The position numbers were made by a program, and so were the translations under genes. A stretch of DNA of 64,000 nt from Nemertoderma westbladi (taxonomy: Eukaryota; Animalia; Xenacoelomorpha): assembly GCA_032718475.1 (NCBI GenBank), contig JAUCBJ010004063.1:1-64000 (forward strand), in the 5' to 3' direction. Shown here piece after piece: positions 38,077 to 50,500 of this stretch; within the stretch, counting starts at the first letter, position 1; each line of letters starts with the position of its first letter. The notes under the pieces were generated by a model that ran no database searches, was not told where the DNA came from, and worked only from the letters and a program-made list of their open reading frames with translations.

Positions 38077-39887
38077 TATACGGGTTAACTATGGATTCTG
38101 TGGACAAGCTCACAACCAAGGGATCTGTGGACGTACTTCTTTATTAAATATCTAGAGAACTATCCAATGAAAATCCTTCAAATTTTCAAATTAGCTTCCT
38201 AATAAGTAATGGGAAATGTTTGCTTTTCAAAATTTAAAATTTTTCCAATATTTCAAAAATCATTTTTTTACATTCACTGTGCGGACATTGCTTTTGGTGA
38301 CGTCATAATTATGTGTGTTGTGCCTGAGTGTGTTTAGTGATGTCCACAAACCCCAACTGGGGTCAAGACACATACGAAAATTAATGTCCACAGTCCACAA
38401 CTAGTGTAACACATACAGTATATGGGAAAGGAAACTGAAATGCTTTGTTTTTATGCAACTTCATGGATATGATTCTAGTAATTGGATTACTTGGCCAGGT
38501 CAGTACAGTACAAAGAGATAGTGTTCTTCTACACTCGTGAATAATTATTGTAAAAGTTAATATTTCCCTATTAGTTACCTAAGGACTACTTGTGGTACAA
38601 GTTTCCATAGTTTACTCATTTACTATAACAATGGGTTTTCACTTAGTCGATAGCGATAGCGCTGAACAATTCCCCCTGTATCAATGCGTACAAGTTAGCA
38701 TGTAGCAATTTGTTTTGAAAATACTTGCAGTCTCAAGAAATATACCGTAATACTGCCATCACTGCTCAAAATATTCTTTTTTTCTGCGGGAAGACTAATT
38801 AATTGTAGGTTGTATATAAATACAAATAGAGTGGCGCACAACAATTAATGATATAACTCTTATCATTCAATTATATTAATTATGAATTTTATGCTTTAAA
38901 ATTATTTGGACCCTTCTACAGTACGTATTGTAAGAGCAATAGACGCTAAGAATAGGCCTTATATAATAATTTAACGAAAACACACCGTTCTAAATACTGT
39001 CCCTTGCGCACATCTGGGGACATTAGTTTTTGTATTGTTTTTTCTGCAGACCATACGGTATGTAGTTGCAATGGACATTAAGAAATTTTTTATATATTGA
39101 CGAAAACACACCGTTCTAAATACTGTCCCTTGCGCACATCTGGGGACATTAGTTTTTGTATTGTTTTTTCTGCAGACCATACGGTATGTAGTTGCAATGG
39201 ACATTAAGAAATGTTTTTATATATTGACGAAAACACACCGTTCTAAATACTGTCCCTTGCGCACATCTGGGGACATTAGTTTTTGTATTGTTTTTTCTGC
39301 AGACCATACGGTATGTAGTTGCAATGGACATTAAGAAATGTTTTTATATATTGACGAAAACACACCGTTCTAAATACTGTCCCTTGCGCACATCTGGGGA
39401 CATTAGTTTTTGTATTGTTTTTTCTGCAGACCATACGGTATGTAGTTGCAATGGACATTAAGAAATGTTTTTATATATTGACGAAAACACACCGTTCTAA
39501 ATACTGTCCCTTGCGCACATCTGGGGACATTAGTTTTTTAGTGCTGGGAGTATTATATTAGGTCCTACGTATAGTTGCAATGAATGTTAAGAATATTTAA
39601 TATATTAGCAAAAACATACCATTGAAAATACTTCCTTTACGCACATCTGGGGACATTGGTTTTTGTATAGGTGAGATAGGCTCTACGTGAACCATGTCCT
39701 GGAATATAGTGTCGTCATTCAGGTCCCTGCCCCCCCCCCCCCCCCAGGGTTTTTTCTAAATATGTTAGGGAAATTTATAAATGAAAATAGCGATTTATAA
39801 ATTTTTATACTTGTTTAGAAATTGGTCACATAGAGACTAACCAATTCGCGCGGGAAGGTTTTAAACTTTACATGCATTTAACTCAGA

Positions 39888-40237
39888 ATATTATTTCTCA
39901 TTTTTTCCTTCACTCAAAACCTATCTACACCGTCATTTTTTAATGAATTCGTTTGAAATTTTCAGTGAATGGTCTTGACATATTCACATATTGGCCATTG
40001 ATCAGAAGACTAATGTTAACTAAAAAAATGAAAAAATATTAACTAAATGTGTTTTATTTTTGGCCGATATTTTCAGATTATCGGCTCAAAACATAACTTA
40101 CGCTGGAAATTTCAAAATTCTGTCTATTAAGTTTTATTGGTTAATGTCAAGACCATTCACTGAAAATTTCAAACGAATTGATTAAGAAATGGCGGAGTAG
40201 ATCGATTTTGAATGAAGGAAAAAATGAGAAATAATAT
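39888..40237. mobile_element. Internal inverted-repeat module (arms about 94 bp)
   Basis: ATATTATTTCTCATTTTTTCCTTCA...GGTCTTGACAT versus ATGTCAAGACC...TGAAGGAAAAAATGAGAAATAATAT. Confidence 0.75.
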
Positions 40238-40240
40238 CAT

Positions 40241-41035
40241 ATGCACACTGCACAGTTTCTACTAAATAAAGTGGAGAGGGCTGCTAAGGAGGTTGGATTG
40301 CATATAAATGCTAGCAAGACCGAATTCATGACCTTTAATGTTGATGGAAACTTGACAACCATTGATAATAATCAACTAAGGAAGGTCGATGACTTCCAGT
40401 ACCTTGGATCATGGATAGAGTAGCAAAAAGGACATACAAGTTAGGAAAGCAAAGGCTTGGGTAGCTCTATCAAAAATGGATACCATTTGGAAATCAGATC
40501 TCCCCAGGCACCTTAAGACTAAGTTCTTTCGAGCCACAGTGGAAAGTGTATTTTTATACGGGGGTAAGACCTGGACACTGACTAAATCACTTGAACAACG
40601 AATTGATGGTTGCTACACAAGACTACTAAGGGCAGCCCTAAACATCAGCTGGAGACAACACATGACAAATGCCGAGCTTTATGGTACAATACCACCTGTA
40701 TCATCCACCCTCCGTGAACGCAGATTAAGATTCAGTGGGCACTGCTGGCGAAGTAAAGACGAGGTCATACCAGATCTACTTTTCTGGCAACCAACTCATG
40801 GAAAGCGTAGTCGTGGACGACCGGCCATAACATATATAGATCAACTTGAAAGGGATACTGAACTTGGGAGAAACGAAATTGCGACAACTAACTATGGAGA
40901 ATCGGGAAGCCTGGAAGGATCTCATTTCCACTGTCCGAGTTCACTCGACCTAGTAGTAGTTGGAGAATCGGGAATCCTGGAAGGATCTCATTTCCACTGT
41001 CGGAGTTCGCCCGACCTAGTAGTAGTAGTAGTAGT
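40241..41035 (+). mobile_element. 5'-truncated RTE-like LINE (RT C-terminus) with duplicated 3' end
   Basis: Motifs GLHINASKTEFM, DDFQYLGSWI, YGGKTWTLTK, RLRFSGHCWR, HGKRSRGRP. Frameshift near 40423. (TAG)n tail, and the last 66 bp or so are present twice. Confidence 0.9.
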
Positions 41036-42291
41036 AACATTCATTGCTACTATACGTAGGGCCTATTATAATACTCCCAGCACTACAAAAACTAATGTCC
41101 CCAGATGTGCGCAAGGGACAGTATTTAGAACAGTGCGTTTTCGTCAATATATAAAAACATTTCTTAATGTCCATTGCAACTACATACCGTATGGTCTGCA
41201 GAAAAAACAATACAAAAACTAATGTCCCCAGATGTGCGCAAGGGACAGTATTTGGAACGGTGTGTTCTCGTTAATTTATTATATATTCTTAACGTCCATT
41301 GCAACTACCTACATAAGTAGAACGTAGGGTATAATATAATACTCTCTGCACTACAAAACCAATGTCCCCAGATGTGCGCAAGGTACAACACTATTTAGAA
41401 TGGGTGTGTTTTCGTTAATTTATTATAATGTCTATTTCCACTACAGTACGTAGAAGGGTCTAAAAAATTAAAGCTATAAAATTCATGATATAATTAATAT
41501 AATTGAATGATGTGAATGTATTTTGAATGATAAGAGTTATATCATATATCGTTGTGCTCCACCTTATTTGTATTTATTTTAAACATTAATTTAATTAGTG
41601 CCCCCGCAGAAAAAAAGTAGCAGTGGCCGTATTACGATATTTGTCCATATATTTTTTAAAAATTTTCTACTTGCTTGTATGCATAGTGCATGCGGGATTG
41701 TTTAGCACTATCGACTAAGTGAAAATCCATTGTTATAGTAACTGAGGAAAGTTGCACCACAAGGGGTGCTTAGGTAACTCATAAGGAAATATTAACTTTT
41801 ACAATTATTCACGAGTGTATAAAAACAATAAAAAAACGTTATCTAGGGATTGCCTGAGCTGCATTGTCTCAAAGACAGACCTGACTAACTAATCCATAAA
41901 TAATTGAACATAACTCATAATATACTTAATTTCAACCACAAACCGGGGTCGTTAAAAAATAAGCTCACACATACCGGCAAACCACTCGAAACGCTAACGT
42001 GCTCTTTTTCGTCCAAAGTGCTAACTGTTCCAGACGCATGCAAATCAACTATACACCTAACTAACAAATTCTCTGGAAGGTCGCTAGAGTACAAGGGTGG
42101 TAAAGACTACACATATACCATAGCCCTAACTGCATTGTCTATTAATGTTGTGCTAACTGCAAACCTGAACAGTATTACTATACACCTAACTGCAAGGTCT
42201 AATTAATGTTGTGCTAACTGCAAACCCGTACAGCATTATTATACACCTAACTGCATGGTTTATTCATGTTGTAGGCCTACTAACTAAGTGT

Positions 42292-43790
42292 TTAACCCAA
42301 TTAAACCCGGGGGGGGGGGGGGGGGGTCAATATGACCCCTCCCATGGTTTTTTTATTACAATTCTGAAACAAACGCAGTTGGGAATCTGAAATTTTATGA
42401 CTTTTCCTAAAAATCTATTGTCTTCCTAGTAGTGGAAAGCGTTTTCAAAAATATTGGGTGGTTTTCGAGTTATAGCACCATTTTTTAACCCTACTTTTGG
42501 CACTTTTTTTAGACGTTTTTTGGAAATTACATTTCATTAAATATTAATTGTAACATCTCTATTTATGATTTACACCGGTTTTTTGGTGTGAGCAATTGGA
42601 TGGAATTCATATAAATTGATTTAGAAATTTCAAACTTGTTTTTTTCTGCGGGTGCTAAATTTTGGTGCCAGCACCAAATTTTGAAATATGTCAATTTTGT
42701 AAATTTATTGTTTGAAACTTGTTTTTTACGCAATTGGGGTTTTTTGGAGTTCTGGTTTCGATGAAATATATACGAGTTGCACTAAGCGTATCAAACTTGT
42801 ATTTTTCGGTGCTGTGTGCAAATTTTGGTGCTAGCACGAAATTTTGAAAATCCATATAATAGATAAAATTGCGTGTGACAATTTATTTCTTGCATTTTAG
42901 AGGTTTATGGCTATTCTGAATTCAATGGAATATATAATTATCGCACTAGACATCTCAAACTTGTATTTTTCGGAAGTGGGTGCAAAATGTGGTGCTAGCA
43001 CCAAATTTTGAAAACCATCAAATATATCAATTGATTGTGTCATCTTGTTTCTTGCGTTATACGGGTTTGTTAGGGTTCTGAATTCAATGGAATCAGTAAA
43101 AATTTCATAAGAGTTTTCAAACTTGTATTTTTCGCCGGTGGGTGAAAATTGTTGTGCCAGCACCAAATTTTGTAAAATGAGTAAATTGATCAGTAGATAG
43201 TATCATCTTGTTTCTTGCGTTATACGGGTTTATGAGGGTCCTGAATACGATGGAATCAATAAAAACAGCACTGGACATCGCAAACTTGTACTTTTTGGTG
43301 ATGGGTACGAAATTTGGTGCTAGCACCAAAATTTGCCAAATTACGCCGAAAAATACAAGTTGTAATGATCTGGCATATTTGAAAAGTATTCCATTAGAAT
43401 CAGCGCCCTAGAAAACCTGAAAATGTGAATTCATTGCATCGTATAAGTGAATTAAAAATTTTGTGTTCTAACTGAAAAGTGCTGGTTACTTGTTTTTTTC
43501 ATTTTTTTCCTACGCATAGAGGACTAAACAGCCATTTATGGTAATCATATCATTTTAATTATTTTCCAATGTATTTTGCGCCCCAGAAAACCTGTATTGA
43601 AAAACAATTAGCCGAAAAATGTAACTTTCAAATTTTGTGAAAATTGTGCACTACTTGTAATTTTGGTGCTGCAATATTACCACCCCAGTACATTTTTTCG
43701 AAAATTTTTTTTTCGGTCGGATCCAGACTAGTGATACCTACGTACAAACAAAAACTCAATATTTGTAGATTTAAAAATGTAAAAATGTAA
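42292..43790. mobile_element. Partial DNA-transposon derivative (TTAA-CCC start, about 190-bp internal repeats)
   Basis: TTAACCCAATTAAACCC(G)n terminus and recurring TCAAACTTGTATTTTT...GGTGCTAGCACCAAATTTTG units. Right end not found. Confidence 0.55.
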
Positions 43791-43896
43791 AATGTAAGAT
43801 GTAAAAATCATGATTTTTTTTTAATAAAAAAAATCAGATTTTTTTTATTTATATCAGATTTATTTGATTTAAATCAGTTTTTTTTTCATTTAAATC

Positions 43897-44274
43897 GGGT
43901 GACAAAAAAGCAAAGACCCAAATAACAAAGACCTGTATGAAACACATGTGTTAACTTTCGTTTATTGTTTTGGTTCCCCAAACACGCCTCTGTAACCTGC
44001 TCCTTTACTAACCTGCTCCTGTAAATGGCAATGGGACCTAACACTGGCAATGGGACCTAATCCCCTTTAGGGCGTAACGCGACTTTATATCTTTGTTTTG
44101 TACAGGTGCCAAAGAGCGTTAGGTTACATTGCATTTAAAGGAGCAGGTTAGTAAAGGAGCATGTTACAGAGGCTTGTTGGGGGAACCAAAACAATAAACG
44201 AAAGTTAACACATGTTTCAAAGATTATGCAGGTCTTTATTATTTAGGTCTTTGGTCTTTGTTTTGTAGTCACCC
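43897..44274. mobile_element. Mutator-type foldback MITE
   Basis: Long TIRs starting GGGTGAC / ending GTCACCC. 9-bp TSD ATTTAAATC (43888-43896, 44275-44283). Nested in a GATTTAAATC-rich hAT-like element that ends CAACCCTG near 45066. Confidence 0.85.
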
Positions 44275-44369
44275 ATTTAAATCACTTTTTTCTTATTTGA
44301 ATCAGATTTTTTTATTTAAATCAGATTTTATATTTAAACAATCGGAAGACTTCTGGCTTCATCAATGCA

Positions 44370-44772
44370 CTAATGTTTAAAAAAAACCGAAAAACCGGGA
44401 TCCCAGCGAAATATCGAATCCCGATTCCGACTTTTTTGAAACGGGATCCCGAAGTTTAAATGGTTAAATAAATTTGTTGAACATCTAAAAAAAGTTCCAG
44501 CAGAACGGAAATGTTTTGATTATATCTAACTTTTATTTCAGTAAACCATCCAGTAATCAATTATAAGATAATTTTAATATAACTTTATCTTACTAATATT
44601 TCATAAGTGTAAAATAAAGTGAGTGTTACTGAAAACCTGCCTCATATACTATTAACTTTGATGAATTTAATCCAAAATTGCAATACCGATCCCGTAAAAC
44701 GGGATCTCGAGAGGAATAATCCCGGTCCCGATCCCGGAAATCCCGAAAAGTCTGAATTCGAATATAAACTAA
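44370..44772. mobile_element. Diverged second copy of the 21005-21433 MITE
   Basis: Shared internal sequence CCAGCAGAACGGAAATGTTTTGATTATA...TCAGTAAACCATCCAGTAA and ATCCCG repeats. Confidence 0.8.
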
Positions 44773-45934
44773 ATAAACAACAAACTGAATAGAACTCTAA
44801 AGTACAACTTAATTAATGGGCCTGTGAATACTGTATGGTATTGGAAATGCGAGATGATACTGTATTTTCATGTAAATATTTAGGTAATTTGAATCATTTA
44901 TTAATAATCAGTAATGCAATGTTTATCCTGGCCTTAAAGCATGATTGATAAAATTCATGATTTTAAAAAAATCAAAACTATCCGATTTTTTTTTATTTTT
45001 ATATGTGATTTAAATCATGATTTAAATCAATGATTTAAATCAAATGATTTAATTCAAACAACCCTGCATGGGTGATAGGGAGTTATGGCGGCGCAATTTT
45101 GTCGACAAGCCGGCACAGCATTTTTAAAAATGCAGCTGCAATGCAGCATGCCGATCCTAGCTAGTTGGCATTCGGGATACCTGATTTTTCATTTATCCAA
45201 AAAACTTGTCAAAGATTACAGTAGTGACGATATGAAACTTGGTTTTGAAAATTTCAGATCAGTTTATAGGTCTATTTATTGCAAGGGAATGTTATATTAA
45301 ATTTGGTAATGGATCATCATTTTACAGTAACGGATTCAACTCAAAACTTGGGAAAAAGACTCCTGGGAAAATTCTAAGAGATACAGAATATCAAAATTGC
45401 CGTAGCTCCTATATAACAATTCAAGGATATTCATTTGAATCAGTGCAATGAGATGAGTCATATTTCAGTTAATGATGCAACTAATGCTTCATATTTTTCA
45501 TCAAATTTATTATTATACAGTATATCTTGTGTTTTATCAGTGTCCACGATATATTAGTTAGGTGCGGCTCCAATTCTTGGACTGTGTTAATTTATTTTCC
45601 CCCGGCACTTTAGAATTATCCGGATTGGTTTTGAAACGTTGCTTTAATATGAGAATTTCACTATGACTCCTTTCATTATCTTTTCATAAGATCAAAATTT
45701 CTAAAATGATCACATAATTAACATTTTTATATTTAATTTCTCGTACGCGGATAAAATTCACTCAAGGGAATTATTTATGTGGGTTTAAGTTACTCTGAGC
45801 AGCCTATCATTATAGTGAATTATAATTGTTTGGAATTTTAACAATTGTTAATTATTAATCTGACGCATATTATATTTATTGTTTCACTAACTAATTTCAC
45901 AAATTTACAACCCAAATTAAATTTGCCACAGTTT

Positions 45935-47620
45935 GAGTTTGTGTTTTATGTATTTTATTATATCTCAACAATAGACGAAACGAGGAAATATTCTAATAAC
46001 CATTGTCTATCTATGTGTAAGTTTTCCATTTCACCATTCTTATTCGTTTCAGTCTGGGAATAAATTTCGGTTTGCCTATGTTTCATTAGACTAGTTGTCA
46101 ATGTCCAGGTAAGAAACCATTAGGTTTCCATGACAATACAAAATTATCGGGTTAGGACTTTGTATAAAGTACTTTCAAAAAAAAGTATAAGTTAGGACTT
46201 TAGCGCTCCCGGAGTTTATGCAAACGGTTTTATTTTTGTGTTCGATGTGAAATTGGTTATTTGCGAAACGAAGGGGTATTCGCAATCAATATTCGGCGAG
46301 TTAGCGTATTAGGGTATTTTCGGTCTTACAATCATTTAGCACTTAGTACAAATTGAATATAAGTGTAATTGACTAACCAACGAAAATTAAAATAACACGA
46401 GAGAAAGTAAAAAACATTATTGATAATAGGTAAAAAAAATTAAAATATAGCAGACAATAAAAGTCAGAAAAACCGACGTAATGAGTTATGTAAAGGAACT
46501 TTCATATTTTACCGATTTATAACTGATGTTACACGAATAATGATTGAATTGTATTATTTTTTCCTGCAAATATTGTAAATTGATAAAAGTGAAACTATAA
46601 CTATTTTACATGATTGTGTGAAAGGTTTCACATAAGCAGTATTTATGTACCGAGCGAGGGTGGCGAGGGATGTTTCCATAAATATACAAGGGTCATTCAT
46701 TCATAAACGTTGACAGTGCCCTTTTCACAAAAATGGTGCCATTTTGTTAAATTATATCAATTTAAGGGCGTTCTGAATGCTTAATTATTAGCGTTAATAT
46801 TGTAATGTTTAGGAATATTAATGAAATTCATATCCTTTTTATGCAATTAATTGCAGTTGGTACATCACCTAAACTTACACTTCGCCTACAATCAATGGTT
46901 ATCAGTAATGGGAAATACTATCAATATTTGTTATAGAAGTTTATTGTTACTAAGTTAGTGATTATTACTTAGCTGCGTTATGAGGATATCACCACATCGA
47001 GAAGTTGTTAATTTTCATAAAAATAGCGCACGTTTAGGTACGCCTATAATGCACTAATTATTGCAATTTACCTGCTATAAAAGAAAAGGCAACTTTGTGG
47101 AATAAAATTACGCATTACTCTGCATAAAAACAAATATAGTTTTCTCTTTAACCATAAAATTGTTTCACTAATATTTTCACAAATTTAGAACCTCAATTTG
47201 GGGTATCTCAACAATTAGACCGGATGAATTTTGAAATAACGATTGTCAATATATCTAGGTATTTCCAATCCACGGCAATCACTCACTACATAATAATATG
47301 TCGCCTGTGCAATAAATTGAAATACATTGTATGGATGTCCAGGTAAGAAACCATTACGTTTCCATGACAATACACAGTTATCGGGTTAGGACTTTGTATA
47401 GAGTACTTTCAAAGACTATCTAAAAGTAATAAGTTAAGACTTTAGCGCCCCCGCAGTTTGTGCAAAACGCTTTTATTATTAGGTTATACGTGTACAATTG
47501 GCTATTCGCGAAACGGAGGGGTATTCGCAATTAACATTCAGCGAGTTAGCGTATTAGGGTATTTGCGGTCTTATAATCATTTAGCACTTGGTAGTTGGTA
47601 CAAATGGAATGTAAGTGTAA
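45935..47620 (+). repeat. Two diverged direct copies of an about 430-bp block (about 45935-46370 and 47185-47620) upstream of SPATA18
   Basis: Both contain TATCTCAACAAT...TGTCCAGGTAAGAAACCATTA(G/C)GTTTCCATGACAATAC...TCATTTAGCACTT. Confidence 0.85.
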
Positions 47621-48339
47621 GTAGTGTGTTTGTAAGTTAGCATTATGGCCATTCCATACTCTTGAGTGTTTAAGTGTGTTTGAAAAGTACCAGTTCCCAT
47701 AATGCCGCTAAGGGGGGCCAAGTTTTTCATACACATGACACACTGGACTGCAAAAGTGGTAAAATGCTAACTTGTGGGAAATGGTCTAAAAAACGTTTTG
47801 ACAAAGTTTCAGATTGCAAGGACCACGAGTTAGCACTTTGAGTTAGCACTTTGGAAAAGTTAGCACAATAGCGGAAAAAGAGCTTGCAAAGTTAGCCCTT
47901 TGGTATATTTGCCAACACACTGGGGACATTGTGACGTCACAAAATGACGTAGATAATGTGTGTATACTTATCACTGTTATAGTGGGGACATCAATATTTA
48001 CACCCCATACACACCGAACACATACGAGTGCGGCTTAACACAAACAAAGTGGGGACTGAGCCTAAATACGGTGAAATTTCATATTTAGACTAATTTGGCA
48101 ATGAAGATTTCGAATTTCCAGTCAGAACGTTCTGGGGACGTCCCCAGTTCGCGAAAGGTCCCCAGAACGTGGGTATTGTATGGCACTTACGTCCACAGTA
48201 TGTAGCGTTAACCAGTGCCATCCCACACCCACACCCACCCTACCCAATCCTTACACTCACCCAACGCCCAACCGACACTCTATGTTTTTCTCACTAATTC
48301 ATAGTACCTTTTATTCCAGATGTTCTAGTATTTATTAAT

Positions 48340-48426
48340 ATGGCTCACACATTGAAACATCTCGTTGAAGTGGGCAGCTTTGCAGCAGTCAACGATAAAT
48401 TGCGACAATGGTCAGAACACTACAAT
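48340..48426 (+). CDS. SPATA18: SPATA18/Mieap (mitochondria-eating protein) coding exon 1
   Basis: MAHTLKHLVEVGSFAAVNDKLRQWSEHYN aligns with human MAENLKRLVS...LQEKLDFWLKEYN. Donor GTAAGT. An upstream acceptor ttttattccAG (48319) implies a 5' UTR exon. Confidence 0.9.
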
Positions 48427-49734
48427 GTAAGTACCTATGGCGAGGACTCGATGTTACACAATATTAGTAATACACTAACATTAGTATACAGTACTACTCT
48501 TACCATAAATTGAGGTAGTTTTGAATTAAATATAAATACAATTATTAATTGATAACAAATAAATTGGAGTTGATCTGATAAGGCAAAGGGGTAGCCCCCC
48601 TCCCCCTCGCCAAAAATTTCTTAAATTTGTTTTTATTGCATCTCGATTAGAATTTAATGGGAATCTCTAATCTGAAAAAGGCTTAGAGAGATCTCTTTTA
48701 GTTCTCGAGTTATTGTGGAATATCAGTCTGCCAATTTGTTGTCAAAATGTATTACAGACAGAGACAGACAACCGACAGACGGACAAACTAGATTCCACCA
48801 AATATTAAACCCGAAATCGGAAAATAAATCAGCGACCCCGAAAACCCCCATAATATAATTTTAGCTCGGTGGTTTATTTCTTTCCTGTCAGACACTAATA
48901 ACCAACCAGAGCTCGTACAGGTAGTTTTGCGCTGAAACTGAACTTTGAAGGCAACTTTAAAGGTACTTTCAAAAGCTTCAATAAATTTCACGGACTTTTC
49001 TTAATTTAATAATATTTCCCCATTTTTTAATAACAATTACAAAAAAACATGGGTTTTTTCAGTTTTTAAAAAAATTTGAATTTTTCTTTACAAAATTACC
49101 AATTATCAGGAATAGATAAAACTAAAATAAAAAAAGTGCGTGAAAAATCTGATTAAAATGAACATGCTGGTTCCAAAAAATGTGGTGCGGGAAAATAAAA
49201 ATGGAATATAACGGAGGTCGTTATATATATAGTCGTTTTAGCGAAATTGTATAAATCTCATGCAGGCCGCTAGGGGGCGCCAAAAAATTTTTTCAAATTT
49301 TTATGTACTTTTGATGATCAATTTTTCGATATTAAATCATTTACTATGTATTTTTCAACCACATTGGAGACATGTACCATATAAGATAACCCCCCCCCCC
49401 CTCCGCTCCCCACCCCCACCACACCCTTAAATGATATAATACTGTAAAACAGCATTTTGTTATGTGAAATAAAATTGTCGAGGGACGTCACTGGGGTTGA
49501 ACCTGCGCTATACGGTGCCGATTCGGTGCAAATGTAGTTACTTATTATATAAACAATAACAGGCATTATCAGCTCAACTAAATTTTTTTCATTTAGTAAC
49601 ACCCCGGCACCTCAGTACTTCCACTAACCTAAGTGGTCTATCTTCGATAACAACCTTCTTTGCGACTTTTCGCTCTAAATATTATTCTATTGCTATTAAT
49701 TATTTATTAGTATATTACTTTATTTCCTCGACAG

Positions 49735-49840
49735 ATAAATACTGTGGACCAGAATGTCGGTAACGCCATTGAGAATATTGAGATAGTTGCCAAACTCCAG
49801 GGCCAACTCTTCGATATTCTAAACAAAGTATCTAACGAAG
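49735..49840 (+). CDS. SPATA18: SPATA18 exon 2
   Basis: INTVDQNVGNAIENIEIVAKLQGQLFDILNKVSNE aligns with [29 protein letters not shown]. Phase 0-1. Confidence 0.93.
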
Positions 49841-50310
49841 GTTAATTTAAATCAATTAGTTAATGTAATTTAGATACATGGAAATTGATTTATTTATGAA
49901 ATTTAGCGACTTACGCTCACAAATATAATAACTCTGTACCTCGGCCTCCTAGTATAAATTTATTATTATTTGTATTTGTCTGGTATTTAATAATACCCAG
50001 ACCTAATAATACATTACCAGGTTTTTTACATTTAAATTATTTATTTATTTATTATTTTGGTTTATATAAAATATTAAGGTATTATTTAAGCAATTAACTG
50101 TGGCCCTTTATATGTTGTGTGGAAAACCACAGCTCTTTAAATGCTGCAGCATAGACCAATCCTGGCTTTCATCCTTGACTAGTCAATAATTTGTATAGGA
50201 CACATAGTGGAAGGGTTTATTGTGGAAGTTCACCCATGGTGGTGAACAGGTATTCCTTTGCTTAATGAACCTAAAAGATTTTTCAATTCAATTTCATTTT
50301 ATTGTTATAG

Positions 50311-50500
50311 GTGGGACATATAGTGGCGTTGAACCCCTTAAGCAGCAATTACTCCCGTGGTTAGCGCGCGGTTTCCTAGCAACCAGTGGCGGAGTCTCCC
50401 CCGATACCAGTCTGAAACTCATCAATGAGGTCGCCGAGAAAGAAAGAATAATAAGGGAACTGAAACTGAATCAAGAGCTGAGTGGACATCAGTCACATGA
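50311..50500 (+). CDS. SPATA18: SPATA18 exon 3
   Basis: GGTYSGVEPLKQQLLPWLARGF...LSGHQSH aligns with GGRNDGVETIKSRLLPWL. Donor catga|GTTAGT, phase 1-2. Confidence 0.9.

Larger units (their letters stand above)
38530..41819. mobile_element. Large foldback element with long inverted arms containing 127-bp tandem repeats
   Basis: Termini TACACTCGTGAATAATT / AATTATTCACGAGTGTA. Arms at about 38530-39590 and 41036-41819 are reverse complements. About 5 copies of the 127-bp unit on the left and 2-3 on the right. Confidence 0.85.

Noticed and set aside
37512-38147. Pro/His/Thr-rich 211-aa ORF
   Set aside because: Translation of a C/A-rich low-complexity tract that cannot contain many stops. No splice or homology support.
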